DNA of 24,203 nt from a virus. Taxonomy: Duplodnaviria; Caudoviricetes. The notes under the pieces are model-generated. The model searched no databases and was not told where the DNA came from. It was given only the letters and a program-made list of their open reading frames with translations. Position numbers and translations under genes: made by a program. The stretch spans positions 1-24,203 of IMG/VR virus record IMGVR_UViG_3300047476_001212; one strand, given 5' to 3'. Shown here piece after piece: positions 13,680 to 21,210 of the stretch (positions are counted from its first letter, which is position 1; the number at the start of each line of letters is the position of its first letter).

Positions 13680-14406
13680 TGTCAATCACCTTCCATGTCT
13701 TTGGCTTATACAGTTCTAAAAGCTCCTCAGGCGTGCTTATGGACACGACTGAAGGGGTAGGTGGCTTGGAATCCACCCAATCGCGCCAGCGGCCAATGAA
13801 GGTGCTAAAATGAAGAATGAACTTTTCCTCCATTTTCTCCCTGCGGCAGTAGTCGGCATAGTTCTGAACGGCTGTGGCGAGATCGTTTACGTCTTTCCAT
13901 TTGAACTGGCGCTGGAAAAGCCGATCAATGGCAAGCTGCTTTCCAATTTTTCTTGGATAGCTCTTGTAGATCGGCTCAATCGCCTCGGTGAGCTCTGCGC
14001 GAGTCGGACGGTCTGACTTACCACTAGTGTCACTAGGTGTAGATACAAGTGTAGTACTAGTGTCTTGAATATATGGCTCAGATTTGAGCTGCCCCCCCTC
14101 CTGCTCATAAGCCCTAAAGGCAGTCATGGCTGAGTAGAGGAAGATCTTTCTTTGAACGAGATCTGTAGCCTTTCTGTCGAGATGAATCAGGATCAGGCGA
14201 GCGTCTACGAGCTCTTTCAGGTAGCGCTTTACTGACGCAATGCTGAGGCCGAGGCTTTCAGCATAGTAGGCGTTACTGGCGTATGCGTAGCCCTCTTCCC
14301 TTTGTAGGGAAAAGATCAATCCGTAAAGCACCATAGACGTGTGGCTAATGGGCTTTTTGGCAACAAAACCGGGAATAATGATTGGTGGAATCTGAGACTG
14401 TTCCAT
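13669..14406 (-). CDS. Replication initiator (N-terminal winged HTH, replisome-organiser type)
   Basis: LYGLIFSL...GYAYASNAYYAESLGLSIASVKRYLKELVDARLI; C-terminal YPRKIGKQLA...FILHFSTFIGRWRDW; upstream of the helicase; AGGAGG RBS. Confidence 0.8.
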   Translation of the reverse strand: MEQSQIPPIIIPGFVAKKPISHTSMVLYGLIFSLQREEGYAYASNAYYAESLGLSIASVKRYLKELVDARLILIHLDRKATDLVQRKIFLYSAMTAFRAYEQEGGQLKSEPYIQDTSTTLVSTPSDTSGKSDRPTRAELTEAIEPIYKSYPRKIGKQLAIDRLFQRQFKWKDVNDLATAVQNYADYCRREKMEEKFILHFSTFIGRWRDWVDSKPPTPSVVSISTPEELLELYKPKTWKVIDNEK

Positions 14407-14490
14407 AGGCTCCTCCTTAGGTGCAAAAACCTTAACACCGAAACGATGACCCGTGGCAAGAAGTTTTTCTTTTTGAGTAAACTGTCAGAC

Positions 14491-14575
14491 GGGGGCGTAG
14501 CTCAGTGGTTAGAGTAGTCGTGGCGACTGACGAGTATGCGACTGGACGGAGGTTCGATTCCTCTCGCCCCCTCCA
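14491..14575 (+). tRNA. tRNA-like gene with non-canonical anticodon arm (isotype undetermined)
   Basis: Acceptor GGGGGCG/CGCCCCC, U73, encoded CCA; D-arm GCTC-AGTGGTTA-GAGT; T-arm GGAGG-TTCGATT-CCTCT; no 7-nt U33-type anticodon loop; TAAACT -10 element 7 nt upstream. Confidence 0.8.
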
Positions 14576-14615
14576 TTTTGATTGACTGATAATTCTAAAC
14601 AGATATTTTGAAACA

Positions 14616-15191
14616 ATGCAGGACTCACAAGATAAGAAGCCAAAAACAAACCCTCTTGCTGAACACTTAGAAAGCAGAATCGACGAAGTAAAAAACCATG
14701 TAATCGAACACAAAAAGGTCGAGCCAATGGCTCCCATTTTGAACGCGTCTAACGATAAGTATAGGCGCAAGGTTATTTGCTACCTCAAGGCGATTGGCTT
14801 TAAGCATAAGGACATTAAGGCCACTATCAATTGCTCTTATTCTGAGATTAAGAAGGTTATTGAGTCACAAAGTGGACAAGAAGAGATCGAACGCATTCAG
14901 CGTGAGATATTTGTTAACGAACCAGCAAAGATGTTCGAGACCATTTTGCCTGAGGCCATCAAGGTTGCCGTAAATGCCATGATGAGCAAAAAGGTGAATA
15001 CTTCCATTAGAGTTGATGCTGCTTTTAAGTTCATGGACCGCGCTCTCGGTAAGCCCTCTCAGACTGTCGAGCATAAGACGAGTCTGGTTAGAGAGCTTAT
15101 CACTAAGATCTCTAATGAGGATAAAGCAGATCCAATACTTGATGCTGATTTCGTTGTAGTGCAGAATGATGGCAGCGAGCCTAAAAAATGA
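14616..15191 (+). CDS. Putative terminase small subunit
   Basis: HTH-like N-half; RVDAAFKFMDRALGKPSQTVEHK and the ILDADF tail are typical of TerS-like proteins; first gene of the structural unit. Confidence 0.55.
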   Translation: MQDSQDKKPKTNPLAEHLESRIDEVKNHVIEHKKVEPMAPILNASNDKYRRKVICYLKAIGFKHKDIKATINCSYSEIKKVIESQSGQEEIERIQREIFVNEPAKMFETILPEAIKVAVNAMMSKKVNTSIRVDAAFKFMDRALGKPSQTVEHKTSLVRELITKISNEDKADPILDADFVVVQNDGSEPKK

Positions 15192-15466
15192 CCACACTCA
15201 AGCAATTGCCGTCTGTTAGTGTATCGTTTGCCGCAGGTAGCACTTTCGACGTTCAGACGACCGCAGAGCCTCTGGCAACGCAGGTCGATGACGTTGGAGG
15301 TACGGTACTCTACATTGGGCAGGCTTTGCCAGAATCGGCCACCTCGGCAGCGGTATGGCGAATCAAGAAGGTCACTTTCACCGGATCTGACGTGTCGGTT
15401 CAGTGGGCTGGGGACGGCGAGTTTTCATTGGTTTGGGATAACCGACTAACCTACACTTACACCTAA
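15188..15466 (+). CDS. Conserved phage hypothetical/virion protein
   Basis: YIGQA.P.SATSAAVWRIKK...WDNRLTYTY signature. Confidence 0.7.
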   Translation: MTTLKQLPSVSVSFAAGSTFDVQTTAEPLATQVDDVGGTVLYIGQALPESATSAAVWRIKKVTFTGSDVSVQWAGDGEFSLVWDNRLTYTYT

Positions 15467-15467
15467 C

Positions 15468-18400
15468 ATGGCAAACCAGACAGTTACCGGAATTAACAAT
15501 TACGACGATGCCGCTATCTCCGGACTACTGAACGGTGAAACGATCACCATTACTGGTGGCGATCTCACGATCAATTCCGACGTGCGCTGGAATCAGCAGG
15601 CTGCGGTTTTCGGAAGCATCACCCTAACCGCCACAACTAAAGGCTCACTGCTCGTCGATGGACGCGACGTTTGGGAGATTCCTTTCGACGCATCGACAGG
15701 AAACGTCCCGACACAGACCGCAATTGGAACGAACGGGGTCATTGGTGGAACATCTGGAGCTACTGGCGAGCTTCTGCGCGTTTGGGCTACCGGATCGCTG
15801 ACACCTGCCAACGCTGGCGGTGCAATGCCTGCGACTGGATTCATCAAGCTGCGCACCAAGACCGGCACGTTTCAGGACAATGAAATTATCACTCTGCCCG
15901 GCGGCGCTACTGTTACCGTCAATTCGGCGACAGGCGGTAAGCGAAGCTGGATTCATGTCGTCGGAGCAGAACTTGGCACACTGACGGTCGGTGAGCTTCA
16001 TTCGTGTCAGTTCCTTGGCGACTGGTATGATCTCGGAACGACCAACGGCCTTGATGACCAGACGTTTCAATATCCGATTGCCGACCTTTGCCCAGCGTTT
16101 CAAATGGAAACATCTGCTGGAAGCGGAGTCTATGAATGGTGGCTGTATGGTGCTGAACGCTGGGGCACTGCGACTCAGTTCATCGGCACAGATGTTCGCG
16201 GTAAATACTTCGGGCAGGATCTTGCCACAGGCGTGATTACGATTGCTCGTCGTGCCACAAACGCCTGCGGTTATAAGCCGCCAAGCGGTTGCAAGATTCG
16301 CATTCCGAACATCTTCGTGTCTAATTCTACCAGCGCAAACTGGAATGCGAACACGATCAATACAACGATTGCGTCCCGTTATGAAACCAGCATGGGAAAT
16401 AACGGAACCGTAACAGTCAAATATGCTGGCGGTCCTTGGTATTGGAACGGACTAAACGGTAGCAAGTTCATTTTTGAAAACGTAACCACGAGCCGAGGCA
16501 TCAACCTTGTTGACATGTCGGGCCATTCAACTTTCGACGGCCTTGCCATTTCTCCCGATGCAGTTGCGGCTTCGCCGTTTGTTGGAACCCGAGTTCCAAA
16601 TGGTTATACTGTTACCAATGCTAGAGTTTGTAGTTCCATTGGTTCAACATCCGGCGCTTCATTTGCTGTCAACGAAAGCAATAATGTTTCCTTAACAAAT
16701 TGTTATGCAGAAACATTTGGAAGTGCTGGATTAGCTGACACCATTGCAATGGGCGGAATTTCTTTGAGCAATTCCGTGGATGTAACTGTCACGAACTGCG
16801 TTTGTATTGGAACATTTTTTCGTGCTTCGGTTTGTGAAAACGTCACGTTTACCGGCAGTCAATATGCTTCAACAATCAACGGTACAACGACGACGACAAG
16901 TACAAACGGAATCAACGTAACAAACGGTTCAACAAATGTTAGAATTACAGGATTCTCAAACTTTGCTGGAATTGCAAACGTACACCCTAGAAGTAACGTC
17001 GTTCTAATCAACCAAACTGCCAGAAATTGTATTGTTGAAGATATCGGAACGTATTCCGCTCCGTATGATTGCGGAACAATCAACGGAACAATAACATTTA
17101 TAAACTTTTCAACGGCATATGACAGCATCGCTCGCCGTTGTTATTCCATCAACAATACGTCTTCAAGCACGAGCATTGCCGCCGGATTTTCATCGAACAG
17201 AGTCTATTTCAGAAACTGCGGTGGAAGTTACACAAAGCCATCCGGTAACCAGTGGGGCATTCAAGGTAATGCTCGCGGGATTCAGCATTTAGCTATGCCG
17301 AGCACGACTGCGGGACTTGGCAACTTTCCCGGCCTTCATTTTGTTGACGGTTTCACGTCTGCAACTGTTGGCGGTATTTCATTTACTGGACAGGTTCCGA
17401 CCACTGAAACCGCATCGCAGGTGACCTACAGTTTTACCGGCAACTCAGGGTTTACCGGCGGCGGTGCATTCGTGTTGGCAAGCGTAAACGACTCGATTGA
17501 ATGGGAAATGCCGTATTTTGTACTGGGCCACAAGTCGCTGGTGTCTGTGGCTGGACTTAACGCCAATTTGACCACTACCTTTCAGTGGGATCTCGGGACA
17601 GGCTGGAACGGCACTTGGACTGCTCTGACAAACGCGAACCTAGTCGCTGTTGGGGCAATTAATCCTGCTGTTGGGATCAAACTTAAAATGCGGATGGTCT
17701 GTGCCGTTGCTGGCACTAACTCAGTCTTAAACGTGGTGATTACAACCTCATCAGATGCGGCCGCCCAGCAGATCCTGTATCCATATGACCCGGACGCTAC
17801 TGGCGTGATTGAAAACCTTGTGACGGGCTGTCGTGTTCAGATCTACAACGAAGACACGTCAACGGAACTTGATAATTTGATTGTGGCCGGTAGCAGCTAT
17901 CAATTCAATTACTTGAACGGAACCGACATTTCTGCCGGAGATCAGATCCGAATCCGAGTGACGAAACTCGGATGTCTGCCACAGACCCTGATCGCTATTG
18001 CTACTGACACAGGGTTTTCGGCAGCCGGTAACCAAGAACCAGACGTAATTTACAATTCCAATGGGATTGACGGTTCAACGGTTACCGAGTTTTCAGCCGA
18101 CTATCCCAACGTGCAGATCGACGTTTCAGACCCGGATAACCTGACCACGCCTCAGCGTATTTACGCATGGATGCGGTATGTGGAAACCACGGAAGATGGC
18201 ATTCGCTTTTGGTACAACTCGATTTCGGCAACTGACGACGTAAACTACGTTATCGACCAGTCATTGGCCGATATTAAGCTCGACAACCTGAGCGCAACGC
18301 CTGTTCAAATCGTCGGTGGACGCCTGTACCGCTTGGACGAATCAACCGTGATTGCTTCGGCTTCTAACTCGATTCAGATGGACCCGGCTCGCGTGTACAG

Positions 18401-18527
18401 CCTTGGCGGAAGTGCTGCGGATATCTGGTCCTATCCGACGTCGAGTGCTACCTCGGCAGGAAGCATGGGAGAGCAAGTAACCAAGAACCTGCTCACGACG
18501 AACAAGTTCCTAGCTCTCAAGGACTGA
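15468..18527 (+). CDS. Large virion protein, tailspike/fibre-like with central right-handed beta-helix
   Basis: 1019 aa, G/T/S/N-rich; repeated beta-helix-type rungs (NNVSLTNC, VDVTVTNC, ENVTFTGS, TNVRITGF, RNCIVEDI). Confidence 0.65.
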   Translation: MANQTVTGINNYDDAAISGLLNGETITITGGDLTINSDVRWNQQAAVFGSITLTATTKGSLLVDGRDVWEIPFDASTGNVPTQTAIGTNGVIGGTSGATGELLRVWATGSLTPANAGGAMPATGFIKLRTKTGTFQDNEIITLPGGATVTVNSATGGKRSWIHVVGAELGTLTVGELHSCQFLGDWYDLGTTNGLDDQTFQYPIADLCPAFQMETSAGSGVYEWWLYGAERWGTATQFIGTDVRGKYFGQDLATGVITIARRATNACGYKPPSGCKIRIPNIFVSNSTSANWNANTINTTIASRYETSMGNNGTVTVKYAGGPWYWNGLNGSKFIFENVTTSRGINLVDMSGHSTFDGLAISPDAVAASPFVGTRVPNGYTVTNARVCSSIGSTSGASFAVNESNNVSLTNCYAETFGSAGLADTIAMGGISLSNSVDVTVTNCVCIGTFFRASVCENVTFTGSQYASTINGTTTTTSTNGINVTNGSTNVRITGFSNFAGIANVHPRSNVVLINQTARNCIVEDIGTYSAPYDCGTINGTITFINFSTAYDSIARRCYSINNTSSSTSIAAGFSSNRVYFRNCGGSYTKPSGNQWGIQGNARGIQHLAMPSTTAGLGNFPGLHFVDGFTSATVGGISFTGQVPTTETASQVTYSFTGNSGFTGGGAFVLASVNDSIEWEMPYFVLGHKSLVSVAGLNANLTTTFQWDLGTGWNGTWTALTNANLVAVGAINPAVGIKLKMRMVCAVAGTNSVLNVVITTSSDAAAQQILYPYDPDATGVIENLVTGCRVQIYNEDTSTELDNLIVAGSSYQFNYLNGTDISAGDQIRIRVTKLGCLPQTLIAIATDTGFSAAGNQEPDVIYNSNGIDGSTVTEFSADYPNVQIDVSDPDNLTTPQRIYAWMRYVETTEDGIRFWYNSISATDDVNYVIDQSLADIKLDNLSATPVQIVGGRLYRLDESTVIASASNSIQMDPARVYSLGGSAADIWSYPTSSATSAGSMGEQVTKNLLTTNKFLALKD

Positions 18528-18570
18528 TTATTTCGTTGATTATTTTAGATCTTGGAATCAGGGTGAAGAT

Positions 18571-18906
18571 ATGGCCGGTAACTTTAGCGTAGTCAGTCCT
18601 TGGTTCTCATCGGGGACTATTTCGGCAAGCTACACGAGCATCCCGTTTAATGTCGGGATGTTTGACCGTTTTGCATTCCAGTACAACATGACTGGAAGCC
18701 TAGCCGGCGTATTTAAACTCGAAGCCTCGATTGACGGCCTGAATTACGTCGACGTTCCTGACAGCGAAATTACGATCACGTCTCCGAACGTGTACCTCAT
18801 CTCGGTGACTTCGTTCGCCTACAGGTACATTAGGTCGGTGTTTACCAGAGCCTCTGGCACTGGCGAGATCGAGGCAACAATCAGCACGACAAACGAGCAG
18901 AAGTGA
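18571..18906 (+). CDS. Small beta-sandwich virion protein (paralog of 19195..19533)
   Basis: GVFKLEASIDGLNYVDV...YRYIRSVFTRASGTG. Confidence 0.7.
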   Translation: MAGNFSVVSPWFSSGTISASYTSIPFNVGMFDRFAFQYNMTGSLAGVFKLEASIDGLNYVDVPDSEITITSPNVYLISVTSFAYRYIRSVFTRASGTGEIEATISTTNEQK

Positions 18907-19193
18907 TGATTCAATTCTTCAAGGGCCTCTTTCAAAAGAAAACCAAGGTCATCGAGACCCCAAAGATTCAGATTACGGCCACTAATAAGCCGCCAGTGAC
19001 CGACGAGATGCGGAAGAAGTATCTTGATGATCTTAAGCTCTGTACTGAGAGTAGAATTAAAGAATATCCCTCTTGGGAAGAGGTTGTCGAAGCTCTTATA
19101 GACGCAGAGTCTGGAGATAAGGCAAAATTAAATGTTGTACTTCGTAAGCGAAGACTAGTTAAACAGAAGTATCCAAAGCCTTTGGAGGTTTAA
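18903..19193 (+). CDS. Tail-fibre-associated/assembly-like small protein
   Basis: R..EYPSWEE...VKQKYPKP motif, commonly found next to tail fibre genes. Confidence 0.6.
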   Translation: MMIQFFKGLFQKKTKVIETPKIQITATNKPPVTDEMRKKYLDDLKLCTESRIKEYPSWEEVVEALIDAESGDKAKLNVVLRKRRLVKQKYPKPLEV

Positions 19194-19194
19194 G

Positions 19195-19533
19195 ATGGGT
19201 TATTATGCTGTATCGCCAGTCGAAACTGCCCGCGCTCTTGGCGCATCTTTTGACGGCAATTCTTTTACTGTTGGCGGAATTCACTCAGTAGGTATTTCTA
19301 ACGTCGTTTCTGACGCCTCGTCCTTGAACGGCACCCTGAAACTTCAGGGATCTGTTGACGGCACGAACTGGGCAGATGTTGCCTCTCAGACGGCAACGAT
19401 CACGACCAACGGCACCACAATCTTTATGATTGCAAATAATCCTTATCAGTTTATTCGTCTTGTCTGGACCAGAACGGCGGGTACAGGGACATTGAACACC
19501 AAAGCCGGCACTGTTATGACAGGGAAATTCTAA
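19195..19533 (+). CDS. Small beta-sandwich virion protein (paralog of 18571..18906)
   Basis: GTLKLQGSVDGTNWADV...YQFIRLVWTRTAGTG; GGAGG RBS. Confidence 0.7.
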   Translation: MGYYAVSPVETARALGASFDGNSFTVGGIHSVGISNVVSDASSLNGTLKLQGSVDGTNWADVASQTATITTNGTTIFMIANNPYQFIRLVWTRTAGTGTLNTKAGTVMTGKF

Positions 19534-19550
19534 AGAAAGGAGAAACACAC

Positions 19551-19622
19551 ATGAAAGGCGCAAAGAAGGCCCCTAAGGCCAAAAAGGCAGCTAAGAAAGT
19601 TGCTAAGAAGAAGATGAAGTAA
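19551..19622 (+). CDS. 23-aa Lys/Ala-rich histone-H1-like peptide
   Basis: MKGAKKAPKAKKAAKKVAKKKMK with strong AAGGAG RBS, followed by a hairpin. Confidence 0.7.
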   Translation: MKGAKKAPKAKKAAKKVAKKKMK

Positions 19623-19624
19623 AT

Positions 19625-19656
19625 CGAGGGGCCGAGAAATCGGCCCATCGTATTTT
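19625..19656 (+). terminator. Terminator/attenuator-like hairpin directly before terL
   Basis: GGGCCGA-GAAA-TCGGCCC followed by atcgTATTTT. Confidence 0.6.
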
Positions 19657-21210
19657 ATGCCCACAACACAAGAATACCTAGAGCGATACAAGGCAGTTAA
19701 GCGAGATCCTTGGGAGTTTGTCACCAAAATGGTGTTCACCAAGGACGAAGTTGATAGGAATAACCCTATCAAGCGCTTTCCCGCGTATCTTGCCTATCAG
19801 AAGCTCTACATGCGTCTTTGGCAGAAGTACCCAAAGATCATCGTTCCAAAGTCTCGTCGTATGATGATGTCTTGGACGAACATCGCCCTGTATGTCTGGG
19901 ACACGATGTTTAATGTCGGGCGCCAGCAGGCGTTCGTTTCCAAGAAAGAGACCGACTCCCACGAGCTTATTGAGCGCGCAAAGTTCATTGTCGAGCACCT
20001 CGACTATGATTGGATTCCAAAGGAACTCCTCCCGAAGCATACCTGCAAGTTTGGTGAGTTGAGCTTTCCAGAGATCGAGTCCCGAATTATGGGATTCCCG
20101 TCCGGTGCCGACCAGCTTCGTCAGTTTACCTTTTCCGGGATGCTATTTGACGAGGCCGCGTTCTGGGATAACGCCGAGGAGGCTTATTCTTCGTCCGTTC
20201 CGACGATTGAGGGTGGCGGTCGGATGACGCTCATTTCCTCGCCGGCTCCGGGGTTCTTTAAGCGCATCGTGTTTGACGAGCTTCAGGATTCCGACATCAA
20301 GTCCGAGCGCGAAGAGCTCCCCTGCGGCATGTTCCCCATGGAAGGGGTTGAGGTTTGGCAGAACGGCAAGAATAAGTTCGTGGTCTTTCAGCTACACTAT
20401 TCTGCCGACCCCAAAAAGCAGAACCCGGACTGGCTCGACGCTATTCGCTCTTCGATGAGCATATCAAAGTTTAGGCAAGAGTATGATCTTCAGTGGGATA
20501 CGTTCGTTGGCAAGCCTGTTTATCCTGAGTTTTCTGAAAATCTTCACACTTCTAAAGAGAGAGTTTACCCGGAGTTTGGGCTGCCGCTAATTCTTGGGAT
20601 CGACCAAGGGCTTCATGCCGCAGTTGTTATTTGCCAGCTTCAGGGCAGCAAGTTCGTGGTCATGGACGAGGTTCGCGCCGAAAACATGGGCGCAGAGCGG
20701 TTTGTCGAGAAAGTTAAGAACTATTTGTCTTTGAATTACCCGGAGTGGGGTAATTACGAGCGGGACTTTCTTTGCTACATGGACCCGTCGGGCTTTAATA
20801 AGCGCGATGTTGACGAGCGGACTTACGCCTCGGTTTGGCTAAAGGCCGGATTTAAAAAGATGTTTCCGGGCGAGATGCTTTGGGAGCCAAGAAGAAGCGC
20901 CGTTGAGCAGTATCTTGTTAAGCAGAACAAGGAAGGCCCCTGCTTTGTCATTGATAAGGCAAAGGCCCCTATTTTGGTTCGCGGCTTTGCTGGCGGCTAC
21001 AGGTATTCTGAAAAGGCTTTCGAGATTGAGCCAATGAAGGCTCGGCCAATCAAGGATGAGTACAGCGACGTTCACGACGCCCTTCAGTACGCTATGAGCG
21101 GATTTTTCAAGACCAAAAATCGTTCTGGCAAAGCTCCGATTCCAGACCTAAAATATAGCAACAATAACGGTGGATTAACAAATGGCAGAACCAATCTCAA
21201 AAGATATTGA
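19657..21210 (+). CDS. terL: Terminase large subunit
   Basis: Walker A-like PKSRRMMMS, Walker B MLFDEAAF, motif III ISSP, FRQEY, nuclease motifs GIDQG / DPSG / DVHDALQY. Confidence 0.9.
   Translation: MPTTQEYLERYKAVKRDPWEFVTKMVFTKDEVDRNNPIKRFPAYLAYQKLYMRLWQKYPKIIVPKSRRMMMSWTNIALYVWDTMFNVGRQQAFVSKKETDSHELIERAKFIVEHLDYDWIPKELLPKHTCKFGELSFPEIESRIMGFPSGADQLRQFTFSGMLFDEAAFWDNAEEAYSSSVPTIEGGGRMTLISSPAPGFFKRIVFDELQDSDIKSEREELPCGMFPMEGVEVWQNGKNKFVVFQLHYSADPKKQNPDWLDAIRSSMSISKFRQEYDLQWDTFVGKPVYPEFSENLHTSKERVYPEFGLPLILGIDQGLHAAVVICQLQGSKFVVMDEVRAENMGAERFVEKVKNYLSLNYPEWGNYERDFLCYMDPSGFNKRDVDERTYASVWLKAGFKKMFPGEMLWEPRRSAVEQYLVKQNKEGPCFVIDKAKAPILVRGFAGGYRYSEKAFEIEPMKARPIKDEYSDVHDALQYAMSGFFKTKNRSGKAPIPDLKYSNNNGGLTNGRTNLKRY

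Noticed and set aside
14491-14575. tmRNA, standard tRNA-Ala/Pro/Ser, or attP call
   Set aside because: Too short for tmRNA, no tag ORF, no G3-U70, no canonical anticodon loop, and no integrase in the window.
15468-18527. Diversity-generating retroelement target
   Set aside because: No template/variable repeat pair or reverse transcriptase seen in the window.
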